From contig JAOPTW010000008.1 in NCBI GenBank assembly GCA_051532035.1, positions 128,001 to 192,000 on the forward strand: a stretch of DNA of 64,000 nt, written 5' to 3'. The notes beneath the pieces are model-generated. The model searched no databases, was not told where the DNA came from, and worked only from the letters and a program-made list of their open reading frames with translations. The first letter of the stretch is position 1. Each line of letters starts with the position of its first letter. Below, piece by piece: positions 1-9,099 of this stretch. The translations under genes and the position numbers were made by a program. This DNA comes from Fibrobacterales bacterium. Its GTDB lineage: Bacteria; Fibrobacterota; Fibrobacteria; Fibrobacterales; JAOPTW01.

Positions 1-2
1 TC

Positions 3-863
3 CAGTCACTTTTTGGTGGAAATCAAGAACTAAAAAAGCAAGAAGAACGGTATCACACCTATATTGACTCACTCAATACTCTCGACTTTAAGATACGGAG
101 CGAGACTGATTCAAAAGTAAAACTTCTCGATCAGGAACGTCAAAAATATTATCGCACTAAAATTGAGACCATTCGTTCTAAACTTGCGGGCGAATCAATT
201 GATACTGAATCCAATACAGAACAGTCCGTTGAATCACTCTCTTCTACCATTTTGACCGCTCTCGCAATACCCATTGGAATTTTAATCATTCTTATAGCCT
301 TAGTCATCTACCTCATTCGCCGCAAAAAACCAGAACCAACCTTACCGCAAGATCAAAAGCCTTCACTTGCTCAACGATTTGACAACGCCATAGAACAAGC
401 CAACACCAAGCAGCGGCCCAAAGAAAGTATCAGCATGATGCTGAAAACCCTCAATAAAAGCTTAGAAGAAAAAAAGGCTGAAAAGAGTGACGCGCTAAAA
501 AGCACCCAGGATCTACCCCAAGCGGTATCTCGGGATAGAGGTGATAAACCTCGGGTGATGGCATCAAGCAACACCTTTGTAGAGACCAAAGCAGTGCCCC
601 TCGTAAAACCTCCAGAAAACATTGTGCAAAAAGAGACCGACTCAGGCAAAATAGAGATTATTGCCCCTGAAACTCCTATTGTACCACATTTAGTTGATGA
701 CGAATCTGAGACTAAAGAAGAAGTGTTTGAAAAAGAGGCTCAAATTAATGCAGATGTTATAAAGCTTGCTCGCCGTGGATACACCTCATCAGAAATTGCA
801 CGTCGCCTTCGCATTAGTCAAGATCAAGTCGATCTTATTATCCGGATGCAACGAGAAGAGTAG
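3..863 (+). CDS. Membrane protein with C-terminal helix-turn-helix (DUF2802/DUF6115-like, flagellar-associated); 5' end lies outside the window
   Basis: Frame is open from nt 3, not only from the TTG at 252. TM segment IPIGILIILIALVIYLIRRKK. C-terminal LARRGYTSSEIARRLRISQDQVDLII is HTH-like. Confidence 0.55.
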   Translation, partial: QSLFGGNQELKKQEERYHTYIDSLNTLDFKIRSETDSKVKLLDQERQKYYRTKIETIRSKLAGESIDTESNTEQSVESLSSTILTALAIPIGILIILIALVIYLIRRKKPEPTLPQDQKPSLAQRFDNAIEQANTKQRPKESISMMLKTLNKSLEEKKAEKSDALKSTQDLPQAVSRDRGDKPRVMASSNTFVETKAVPLVKPPENIVQKETDSGKIEIIAPETPIVPHLVDDESETKEEVFEKEAQINADVIKLARRGYTSSEIARRLRISQDQVDLIIRMQREE

Positions 864-964
864 CTTTGAAAAAATATGAAACATGCGGTACCATCCCCCA
901 TGTTTCATTGATAGAAAATGCATCTTATTTGTAACGGCTCACTTACTTACCCTGGGTTACTCAC

Positions 965-3001
965 ATGAATATTCATCTTGACTATCACGACCCTATTCGC
1001 CCCCCAAAAGCTCACCGAGTTGATGCTCCAGAAGCAGCAACCACGCACTCTGAGGTTGAAAAACACCTTATCGACAATGAGGAGCACAAAAAAAACCAAC
1101 AACAATCAGGCCAACAGCAACAACACAGTAAACAAGACTCTGTCGAAGCAAAATTACTCGCGAGCATTCAAGAAACGTTAAAAAAGCCCATTTTTGCCGG
1201 CAACCTCAGCACCCAATCCATTGAAACTCTCGGTACTATTTTCGAAAAACTTCACGACCTTGAAAGTAATGTAAAAATAAGAGAACAGATACGACAACTC
1301 CTTCAAGAGCTTGCTAACTCATCCATTGATGAGCTCAACCTGCTCGAAAAAAAAATTAAACTCCTTATATCCAATGAACTCTTGCGAGTAGTCCCTGCCA
1401 ACTCAACGCTTCATCAAGCAGACAAAATGGCAATACGACTCCTCAACCACCTCAGCGTCAATGACTTTAGTGCCGCACGTGAAGCAACTACACTCCTTCA
1501 CTCTTTTTTAAAGTCCCCCTCTTCTGCAACATATACCCCAACGACCAAGTTCGGCAACACCGTTGTGCAACAACTCCTCGATGCTACAGCTTTTTCTAAT
1601 CAAAAATTAAACCTCCCTCAAGTGTCTGACGTTGCCAATGAATTTAAACAGAGGCTCGCAACCCCCATTACCGAGAAACAAGCACAATTACTCTCTACAC
1701 AGATACAAAAGACTCAGTCGCCCTTCCTCCTTGGCCATGTTGTTTCTCACGACAAAGGGAGTACCTCCATTGTCGTTGAAGGGCAACAACTAACCCTACC
1801 AAAAGAACTTGGCCTCAATCCCGGTGAATCATTTCTCTTTGAATTGGTTGATAAAAAAGGGAGTCAAAACAGTCAGACCCCTGCCCAACAAGGGATCTAT
1901 ATTCACCCTGCAACTACAGAAGCCTCTCCACAAACCCTTAAGCTCTTTTCGAAAACCACAACCCCCATTGATCAACTTCTCAGACTGTATAGCACCAAAA
2001 ACAAACCACAGCAGGCCGAACTCGAGATTGACAAACTCTTGAAATCGGCACAATCTACTCCTCCCTCTGGAAAAGACTCATCACAGCTCGTAACCTCTGA
2101 GCTCATGAGGCACTCACCAAAGGCACCACCATTTTTACAGCAGGTTTCACCAACTCCTCGAGTCATCGAAACCATAGGCTTTTTAAACCAGTATCAAGAG
2201 CTCTTTCAAAAAGCGGCACCACAAACAGTACAAGCAGTCTCGAACCTCTTCTACACTGCCGAAACAATGTTATCTCATGGCGAAACCCTCAAGCCCGCTC
2301 AAGAGGAGCTTCTTTTCAAACTTCTTCTTGCCAACAATCTAGAACTCCCCTCACCAAAAGAAATTGAACGGGTGCTGCAATATGATGGATTTAAATCCAC
2401 TGACCGCAACCTAGTCCCTCCAAACAACACCCAACTTATTCAACAACTCCAAGGAACGTTTCCCGATAAACCCCTGTCAGCATTTGATACCCTTAGCCTC
2501 TTACAGAGCCTGCATGAGAATAGTGATACCATGCGAGAGAGCTCCGTGCTTCGCACTCTTATTGACCATGTCCAAACCAACCTCTTTGAACAACAAACAC
2601 AAGAGCAAAATAACCAACAAAACCTTTACTGGATGCATAACCAAAACCTCCACAAAGGGCGTATTACTGTGAAAGATGATCGAGAGAAAGATCAATCGGG
2701 CGCCCCCAAAGAAGGCCCCATCGGTTTTGTACTCGAAACTCAAACACCAAATCTTGGGGATGTCAGTATCAACTTCCATCTTGACTCTGACAATGTAGAT
2801 ATTATGATGCTCGATTCTCATGGCACTCACGGCTCCATTGTAGACTCCGAAAGAGCCGACCTAGCCAAAGAGTTCCAAACGTTTGGCTGGAACCTTGAAC
2901 AGCTTCGCTATGGACTGCTCGCCGGCAAAGATAGGGCCGCTGAACCTCCTAGCCCACCTCAAAAACCCGTTGGCTGGGATGGCATCGACCTCAAGGCTTA
3001 A
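965..3001 (+). CDS. Flagellar hook-length control protein FliK-like
   Basis: 678 aa, Q/S/T/P-rich low-complexity body. C-terminal LETQTPNLGDVSINFHL...LAKEFQTFGWNL...IDLKA resembles the FliK_C domain. Confidence 0.55.
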   Translation: MNIHLDYHDPIRPPKAHRVDAPEAATTHSEVEKHLIDNEEHKKNQQQSGQQQQHSKQDSVEAKLLASIQETLKKPIFAGNLSTQSIETLGTIFEKLHDLESNVKIREQIRQLLQELANSSIDELNLLEKKIKLLISNELLRVVPANSTLHQADKMAIRLLNHLSVNDFSAAREATTLLHSFLKSPSSATYTPTTKFGNTVVQQLLDATAFSNQKLNLPQVSDVANEFKQRLATPITEKQAQLLSTQIQKTQSPFLLGHVVSHDKGSTSIVVEGQQLTLPKELGLNPGESFLFELVDKKGSQNSQTPAQQGIYIHPATTEASPQTLKLFSKTTTPIDQLLRLYSTKNKPQQAELEIDKLLKSAQSTPPSGKDSSQLVTSELMRHSPKAPPFLQQVSPTPRVIETIGFLNQYQELFQKAAPQTVQAVSNLFYTAETMLSHGETLKPAQEELLFKLLLANNLELPSPKEIERVLQYDGFKSTDRNLVPPNNTQLIQQLQGTFPDKPLSAFDTLSLLQSLHENSDTMRESSVLRTLIDHVQTNLFEQQTQEQNNQQNLYWMHNQNLHKGRITVKDDREKDQSGAPKEGPIGFVLETQTPNLGDVSINFHLDSDNVDIMMLDSHGTHGSIVDSERADLAKEFQTFGWNLEQLRYGLLAGKDRAAEPPSPPQKPVGWDGIDLKA

Positions 3002-3044
3002 AATCGGTCAATCCTAACGCCAACTTTTTACTACCTTTCACTCT

Positions 3045-3779
3045 ATGAAATATCGTTTTAAAGTAGAATATGATGGCACTGACTTCCATGGATGGCAAAT
3101 CCAGGATAATGCTAGTACCGTACAAGAAGAGCTCGAAAAAGCGTTTGAAATCGCACTCAGAAAACCTATAAAAGTAAGTGGATCGGGAAGAACCGATGCA
3201 GGTGTTCACTCAAGTGGCCAAGTAGCCTGTTTCGATTGGGATGCCTATATCGACACGTATGCAATCACTCGATCAATTAATGCACTGACACCAGAAACCA
3301 TTGCCATACGAGAGCTCGAGCTGTGTCAGAGTGACTTTTCACCACGATACGACGCTGAATATCGCTATTACATCTATACCGTCTATACACGAACTCGCGC
3401 CATTCAAAGACGGTATGGCTGGGACTGCACCTCCTTTAAACTTAATCTTGACTATATCCGCTCAGAAATGAAGTACTTCTTGGGGACTCACGATTTTATC
3501 AATTTCTGTATTCCTCGTGATGACGGTAAGCCCACTGACTGCATACTCTCTCTCTTTACGCTCAAAGAGTTTGATGGCGGATTTGAACTCCATATTCAAG
3601 GCAATCGATTTCTCCATAAAATGGTGAGATCAATGGTCGGAATTCTCATTGATGTAGGGAGAGGGCACCACCCACCAGGCTCTGTTTTAGCAATATTTAA
3701 GAATGAATTTAGCGGTGAACGCATGTGGGCCAAGCCAAATGGGCTTAATCTCACAACCGTCCAATATAAAGACTATTAG
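3045..3779 (+). CDS. truA: tRNA pseudouridine(38-40) synthase TruA
   Basis: EYDGTDFHGWQIQ, GSGRTDAGVHS, GNRFLHKMVRSMVG motifs. Confidence 0.97.
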   Translation: MKYRFKVEYDGTDFHGWQIQDNASTVQEELEKAFEIALRKPIKVSGSGRTDAGVHSSGQVACFDWDAYIDTYAITRSINALTPETIAIRELELCQSDFSPRYDAEYRYYIYTVYTRTRAIQRRYGWDCTSFKLNLDYIRSEMKYFLGTHDFINFCIPRDDGKPTDCILSLFTLKEFDGGFELHIQGNRFLHKMVRSMVGILIDVGRGHHPPGSVLAIFKNEFSGERMWAKPNGLNLTTVQYKDY

Positions 3780-3894
3780 CATACCGCTCTTTTAGCACAT
3801 AATTCTCTCTTCAAAAGTCAAAACCTCACATTAATTATCGGGGATTTTTATATTATAGTGGAAAATACGTTAAATTTTCTCCTAAAGAGGATAT

Positions 3895-4209
3895 ATGAAT
3901 CCAGCACATAGTAATGCCCGCTTAATTATTTTCATTCTACTTGGTTTGGTTATCGGTGGGATTCTAGGCGAGAGTCTCGGTCTGGTATTAGAGCAGATCG
4001 GTGTCGCAACCGGAGCAGGTGTTGATAACCCTGTGCGCAACCTCTTTGTTAAGGCATTTGAACTCGACCTTGGTATAAACAATGGCGGGGTAATTGATCT
4101 CTACATGATTAAATTACGTCTTGGAGTTGCCTTTAAATTTAACGTCGTAAGTATACTCGGTGTTTGGTTCAGTCTTCATGTGATGAAGTGGTCTGGCCGA
4201 CACACCTAA
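3895..4209 (+). CDS. Small membrane protein (DUF4321-like)
   Basis: LGLVIGGILGE N-terminal TM segment and IDLYMIKLRLGVAFKFNVVSILG C-terminal pattern; GAGGA SD upstream. Confidence 0.6.
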   Translation: MNPAHSNARLIIFILLGLVIGGILGESLGLVLEQIGVATGAGVDNPVRNLFVKAFELDLGINNGGVIDLYMIKLRLGVAFKFNVVSILGVWFSLHVMKWSGRHT

Positions 4210-4222
4210 TCAAGGATTACTG

Positions 4223-5641
4223 ATGAAAAATCTTGAACAATTACGTTCAGACCTTACTGATGGAACAACTACTTCTGAAAAACTGGTACAAGAGTCTCTC
4301 AGCATAATAGAGGCAACGCAAGAACAAAACGCCTATATCTCTGTAATGAATGAGAAGGCCCTTGCTGACGCTCAAGCAGTTGATATTAAGATTAAAAGTG
4401 GTGAGATTTCTGGCCCCCTTGCTGGCATCCCTATTGCGGTTAAAGACAATATCTGTACCACTGGAACGAAAACGACTTGTGGTTCTAAAATTCTCGAAAA
4501 CTTTGAATCTCCTTACAACGCAACAGTAATTGAAAAACTGAAAGCGGCAGGCGCAGTGATTATTGGCAAGACCAACATGGATGAATTTGCCATGGGGTCT
4601 ACCTCGGAATCAAGTTTTTTCGGAACCACCGTGAACCCAACAAACCCTGATGTTATTCCTGGTGGGTCATCGGGTGGATCAGCAGCAGCAGTTGCATCGG
4701 GATCAGTCTCTATATCACTCGGCTCAGATACTGGCGGATCAATTCGTCAACCCGCGGCGTGCTGCGGTATTGTGGGCATGAAACCAACCTATGGACGTGT
4801 TTCACGGTATGGCCTCGTATCCTATGCTTCATCTCTCGATCAAATAGGGCCTCTTGCCAACTCGGTACACGACGCAGCATCAGTACTTAATGTTATTGCT
4901 GGTATCGATAAAAACGATACGACATCTTCTAACGCTCCCGTTGAGGATTTTAGTGCACTCCTCGGACAAGACCTTGCAGGTAAGACTATTGGAATTCCTG
5001 CAGAGTATTTTGGTGAGGGTCTTGACGCTGCACACAAAGAAAAAATCCTTGAGAGCCTCGAAAAATTAAAAAGTGAAGGCGCTGAGCTCAAAGAAGTGCA
5101 CCTCCCCAATCTTAAACACGCGATATCATCATATTATATCATCGCAACAGCCGAAGCATCATCAAACCTTTCGCGCTATGATGGAGTACGATTCTCATAC
5201 CGCTCTGAAACAGCTGGATCGCTTGAAGATATGTACCGTAATACCCGCGCCGAAGGATTTGGCGATGAAGTAAAACGCCGTATCCTCCTCGGTTCTTATG
5301 TACTCAGTTCTGGATTTTTTGATGCTTACTACATTAAAGCTCAAAAAGTACGCCGTGTAATCACTGATGACTTTAAAAAAGCTTTTGAGTCTTGTGATGT
5401 TATTGCAGCCCCAACACTCCCTGGTAACCCTTTGAAACTTGGTGAAGGCTTAAGTGACCCTATGGCCATGTATCTCAGTGATATTTACACAGTAAGCCTC
5501 AACCTTGCAGGACTGCCGGGCATAACCGTACCGTGTACCACCATTAATGACCACAAATTGGGTCTGCAACTTTTTGGTAAAGCATTTGGTGAATCAGAGC
5601 TTTTACAAATAGCTGGTGGAGTTGAACGTAATTTTGCCTAA
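4223..5641 (+). CDS. gatA: Asp-tRNA(Asn)/Glu-tRNA(Gln) amidotransferase subunit A
   Basis: Amidase signature GKTNMDEFAMGS, PGGSSGGSAAAV, GSDTGGSIRQPA; EASSNLSRYDGVRF; EVKRRILLGSYVLSSG. Confidence 0.97.
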   Translation: MKNLEQLRSDLTDGTTTSEKLVQESLSIIEATQEQNAYISVMNEKALADAQAVDIKIKSGEISGPLAGIPIAVKDNICTTGTKTTCGSKILENFESPYNATVIEKLKAAGAVIIGKTNMDEFAMGSTSESSFFGTTVNPTNPDVIPGGSSGGSAAAVASGSVSISLGSDTGGSIRQPAACCGIVGMKPTYGRVSRYGLVSYASSLDQIGPLANSVHDAASVLNVIAGIDKNDTTSSNAPVEDFSALLGQDLAGKTIGIPAEYFGEGLDAAHKEKILESLEKLKSEGAELKEVHLPNLKHAISSYYIIATAEASSNLSRYDGVRFSYRSETAGSLEDMYRNTRAEGFGDEVKRRILLGSYVLSSGFFDAYYIKAQKVRRVITDDFKKAFESCDVIAAPTLPGNPLKLGEGLSDPMAMYLSDIYTVSLNLAGLPGITVPCTTINDHKLGLQLFGKAFGESELLQIAGGVERNFA

Positions 5642-5702
5642 TAGCGCAGGATTAGTTATACTTCTACTATACCCTTAGTCTTATACAGGCACTGCACCAA
5701 TA

Positions 5703-6278
5703 ATGACTGCTCAACCGCCTATACACACACTCCTCTTGATTCTCTGGATGGCTCTGTCACTCAGCATTTTTAATGGGTGTTCGTTTCATAAACGACGCGG
5801 GTATGATAGATCGATTGCCGCCTACCCAACCCCCAGTTACAAAGGGTACAAGAACAGCAAAACAGTTAAGAGTAAAGCAGTAACGGGCAAAAAGAAACCC
5901 CGGCGCAAGAATGTAACGCAAAGCGGAACACTTGCGGCAATTATTAAGCCCTGGCTTGGTACTCCCTATCTCTTTGGAGGAGAGTCAAAACGAGGGGTTG
6001 ACTGTTCAGCTTTTGTCATGCATGTCTTTAGAAAGTACCGCGGCATAAACCTTCCCCATAGCACTCGTCAAACGTTTAAAATGGGCAAGAAAATTGCTAA
6101 ATCTGATCTAAAGAAAGGTGATGTCATCTTTTTTGGCAACTGGATCGGTGTAAATCATAGCGCCATCTATATGGGTAATGGCACCTTTGCACACGCCTCC
6201 TCCTCACGAGGGGTAATCTACACAAAAATGAGTAGCACTTACTGGGCACCAAAATATAAGGGAGCACGAAGATATTGA
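5703..6278 (+). CDS. NlpC/P60 family cell-wall peptidase, probable lipoprotein
   Basis: GTPYLFGG...GVDCSAF catalytic Cys; HSAIY and HASSS His residues; IFNGC lipobox-like segment. Confidence 0.9.
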   Translation: MTAQPPIHTLLLILWMALSLSIFNGCSFHKRRGYDRSIAAYPTPSYKGYKNSKTVKSKAVTGKKKPRRKNVTQSGTLAAIIKPWLGTPYLFGGESKRGVDCSAFVMHVFRKYRGINLPHSTRQTFKMGKKIAKSDLKKGDVIFFGNWIGVNHSAIYMGNGTFAHASSSRGVIYTKMSSTYWAPKYKGARRY

Positions 6279-7132
6279 GTAAACAACGCGTAGCATTTCA
6301 GGGGCGACCTGGCGCATATAGTGAAAGTGCCTGTTACCACCTTTGTGGAAGAGACATAGAAATAGTACCCTGCAATTTTTTTGAAGAGATCTATGAAGCG
6401 GTTCGTGATGGAAAGGCTGATTACGGCGTTATCCCAATTGAGAACACCACAACTGGTTCAGTCTATCAAAATTACACACACCTGCTCCACTATAAAATCC
6501 CTATTGTCGGTGAAGTAAAACTCCGCATAGAGCATACCCTCATGGCGCACGCAGGAGCAACGATTGACTCCCTTCGCCAAGTACTCTCACACGAACAAGC
6601 CATTGGCCAGTGTAGCTCTCTTTTTATTGAGCATCCACACATCGCAGCAAAAGCAACCTTTGATACGGCGGGTAGCGCCGAAATGATCGCCAAAGAACAT
6701 GACTTAACCTTAGGCGCCATTGCCAGTGGCCTCGCGGCAAAAAAATATGGGCTTGAGATTTTAAAGCGCAATGTAGAGAATCAAGGTGCAACCAACTACA
6801 CACGATTTGTTGGTATTCAGCGTAAAGCCATTGATCTTACAGGGATATCAGAAACGAAAACCACCATTGTCTATACCCCCAAAGAGGATCACCCAGGGCT
6901 TCTTCATGAAGTACTCGGACTTTTTGCAGACAACAATGTCGACTTAGTTAAAATCGAATCACGCCCTAAACCAGGCAACCCTTTTGAATACATTTTTCAC
7001 TTGGACCTTAAAGGCGATACCACTCAACAGCCCGTATGTCAGGCTATAGAACAACTTAAAACTCTTGCAGAAGAGGTTCATATTTTGGGTTCATACCCCA
7101 CAGGTGAATTTAAACAATTGATTGAGGAATAG
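6275..7132 (+). CDS. pheA: Prephenate dehydratase with ACT domain
   Basis: AFQGRPGAYSE, IPIENT, SHEQAIGQC, NYTRF, KIESRP; no chorismate mutase domain. Confidence 0.92.
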   Translation: MSKQRVAFQGRPGAYSESACYHLCGRDIEIVPCNFFEEIYEAVRDGKADYGVIPIENTTTGSVYQNYTHLLHYKIPIVGEVKLRIEHTLMAHAGATIDSLRQVLSHEQAIGQCSSLFIEHPHIAAKATFDTAGSAEMIAKEHDLTLGAIASGLAAKKYGLEILKRNVENQGATNYTRFVGIQRKAIDLTGISETKTTIVYTPKEDHPGLLHEVLGLFADNNVDLVKIESRPKPGNPFEYIFHLDLKGDTTQQPVCQAIEQLKTLAEEVHILGSYPTGEFKQLIEE

Positions 7133-7852
7133 ATGACCCGTATAGATAACCGCACCAACGACCAACTCAGAAACATAAATATTATAGAGAACTTTGTATC
7201 CTGTGCCGAAGGATCCTATCTGATAGAAGTAGGGCGTACTCGTGTGCTCTGTAACGCTTCTATCGAATCAAAGGTTCCACGATGGCTCGAAGGAAAAGGT
7301 AAAGGATGGGTTACTGCAGAATATAGTCTTCTCCCACGATCGACTGATAGTCGTGTACAACGTGAACGCAAGTCGGTATCAGGAAGAACTCAAGAGATTC
7401 AACGCCTTATTGGTCGTTCTCTCAGAGCCATAACCGACCTCGAAGCTCTTGGTGAACATTCGATTATCATTGACTGTGATGTACTCGAAGCTGATGGGGG
7501 CACCAGAACCGCTTCTATCGTAGCAGCCTTTATGGCTCTCGCTCAAGCGATTAAGATTATTAAATCTGAAGAGGGTATCGAAAAACAGATTTTAAAAAAG
7601 TGGGTCACCGCTGTCTCTGTTGGCATTCTTGATGGCACTCCGATTCTCGACCTCAACTACCCAGAAGACTCAAAAGCCGAAGTAGATATGAATGTTGTAT
7701 TTGCTGATGGCACTGATCTTATTGAAGTACAAGGTACTGGTGAAGAGTCTACCTTTACCCGTGCAGAGCTCAGCCTCCTTCTCGACCTTGCAGAGAAAGG
7801 GTGTGGAGAACTCATGGAAATCCAAAAGAAGTATGTGGGCGAATTACCATAA
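7133..7852 (+). CDS. rph: Ribonuclease PH
   Basis: GWVTAEYSLLPRST, GRTQEIQRLIGRSLR, ADGGTRTASI, IEVQGTGE. Confidence 0.97.
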   Translation: MTRIDNRTNDQLRNINIIENFVSCAEGSYLIEVGRTRVLCNASIESKVPRWLEGKGKGWVTAEYSLLPRSTDSRVQRERKSVSGRTQEIQRLIGRSLRAITDLEALGEHSIIIDCDVLEADGGTRTASIVAAFMALAQAIKIIKSEEGIEKQILKKWVTAVSVGILDGTPILDLNYPEDSKAEVDMNVVFADGTDLIEVQGTGEESTFTRAELSLLLDLAEKGCGELMEIQKKYVGELP

Positions 7853-7909
7853 CCGTTCATAGTACTTTGATGCAGTACCCCAATAACAGTCTTAACCTTT
7901 AGCAATTAC

Positions 7910-8737
7910 CTAAGGGTTAAAGACTGCTGTTATATTTACTCCTAATGACGCTGCACTTTTGTTCGCATCATTTTCCATAATCACTGTGATATCATCAAGT
8001 GACGCACCCAGTGTAATTCTATCATTCAATTTATAATAACTCTTTACTGACCCTGTTGTTGTCTCATAGAACAGAGGCTTTGGCCCTTCATAAGATGTAG
8101 ACTCTATCCCAAGGACAATAACCCATGGGAGTATACCTGGCTTAGGTCGTATTGACACAGCAATTCCGAAAGTAACATTGTCATTTTCACCCCAAGAGGT
8201 AGAATCAACAGGGGCTCCATCTGGATTATCATAGAGAAATATATCGCTGTATGTTGCTTCATGCCCGCTATAATGCATCCAATAGTCAGAAGAACCAATT
8301 CCAAGAAATGAGTGTATCCCTAAATATGTCCACTGCAATCCACCTTCGACCCCCCATTCCCAAAACCAACCCTCATTTGACATTCCTACATTCCAGAACC
8401 CTCCATACAAATGCCCTTTTTCTGCAACGCCAGCTTTTAGAGTCGCACTCGCTGCTAAAAAACTCCCTTCTACTGTCATATTATTGTCTCTACCAGAAAC
8501 CACTGTATCCTGATCGTCATGCTGATATGGGACGGTACCTATAAATTCTGATTCAGAATTTGCACCAAAATTAGCAGACATAGAGATATAATTTTTTTGT
8601 TCAAGAATCGAATGGTAGTTATGTGAATGAGGAAGTGACACTTTTGCATCAAGTGAGTCGACGGTCAATTTATTTCGTGTCACACTGCATCCAAAACACA
8701 GAAGAGTAAGTGCAAGTATGAGAATACTATACTTCAT
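7910..8737 (-). CDS. Hypothetical lipoprotein, beta-strand-rich
   Basis: MKYSILILALTLLCFGC lipobox-like N-terminus; alternating aromatic/Gly strands; fills the gap downstream of the ispG/MazG-like genes. Confidence 0.6.
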   Translation of the reverse strand: MKYSILILALTLLCFGCSVTRNKLTVDSLDAKVSLPHSHNYHSILEQKNYISMSANFGANSESEFIGTVPYQHDDQDTVVSGRDNNMTVEGSFLAASATLKAGVAEKGHLYGGFWNVGMSNEGWFWEWGVEGGLQWTYLGIHSFLGIGSSDYWMHYSGHEATYSDIFLYDNPDGAPVDSTSWGENDNVTFGIAVSIRPKPGILPWVIVLGIESTSYEGPKPLFYETTTGSVKSYYKLNDRITLGASLDDITVIMENDANKSAASLGVNITAVFNP

Positions 8738-8748
8738 TTTTAATAAAC

Positions 8749-9099
8749 CTACTGTAACTTCTCATTATTTTTATGACGATCTTTGTCACGAGAATAGCGT
8801 TTATCCATTCCCTTCTGCCATGCTTCGGAAAGATCTACACCTGTTTGATTTGCTATACAAGTAAGTACGAACATGATGTCCGATATTTCATCACCAATAT
8901 TTTTGCCCAGATCGGACTTTTTGAAACTTTGATCACCATAAGTGCGTGACATAAGCCGCGCGAGCTCCCCCACCTCTTCGGTGAGGATGGTCATATTAGT
9001 GAGTTCACTAAAATACCGAACTCCAATTTTTTCAATCCAAGCTTGAACATCCTCTTGCATTGGCTGTAGATCTATCAGTTTTTGTTCAGCGTCACTCAT
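8749..9099 (-). CDS. MazG-like nucleotide pyrophosphohydrolase (YpjD family)
   Basis: LTEEVGELAR and GDEISDIMFV acidic motifs; RDKDRH tail. Confidence 0.9.
   Translation of the reverse strand: MSDAEQKLIDLQPMQEDVQAWIEKIGVRYFSELTNMTILTEEVGELARLMSRTYGDQSFKKSDLGKNIGDEISDIMFVLTCIANQTGVDLSEAWQKGMDKRYSRDKDRHKNNEKLQ

Noticed and set aside
8749..9099. MazG as part of a toxin-antitoxin or defence system
   Set aside because: Small YpjD-type house-cleaning enzyme coupled to ispG, with no toxin or defence neighbours.
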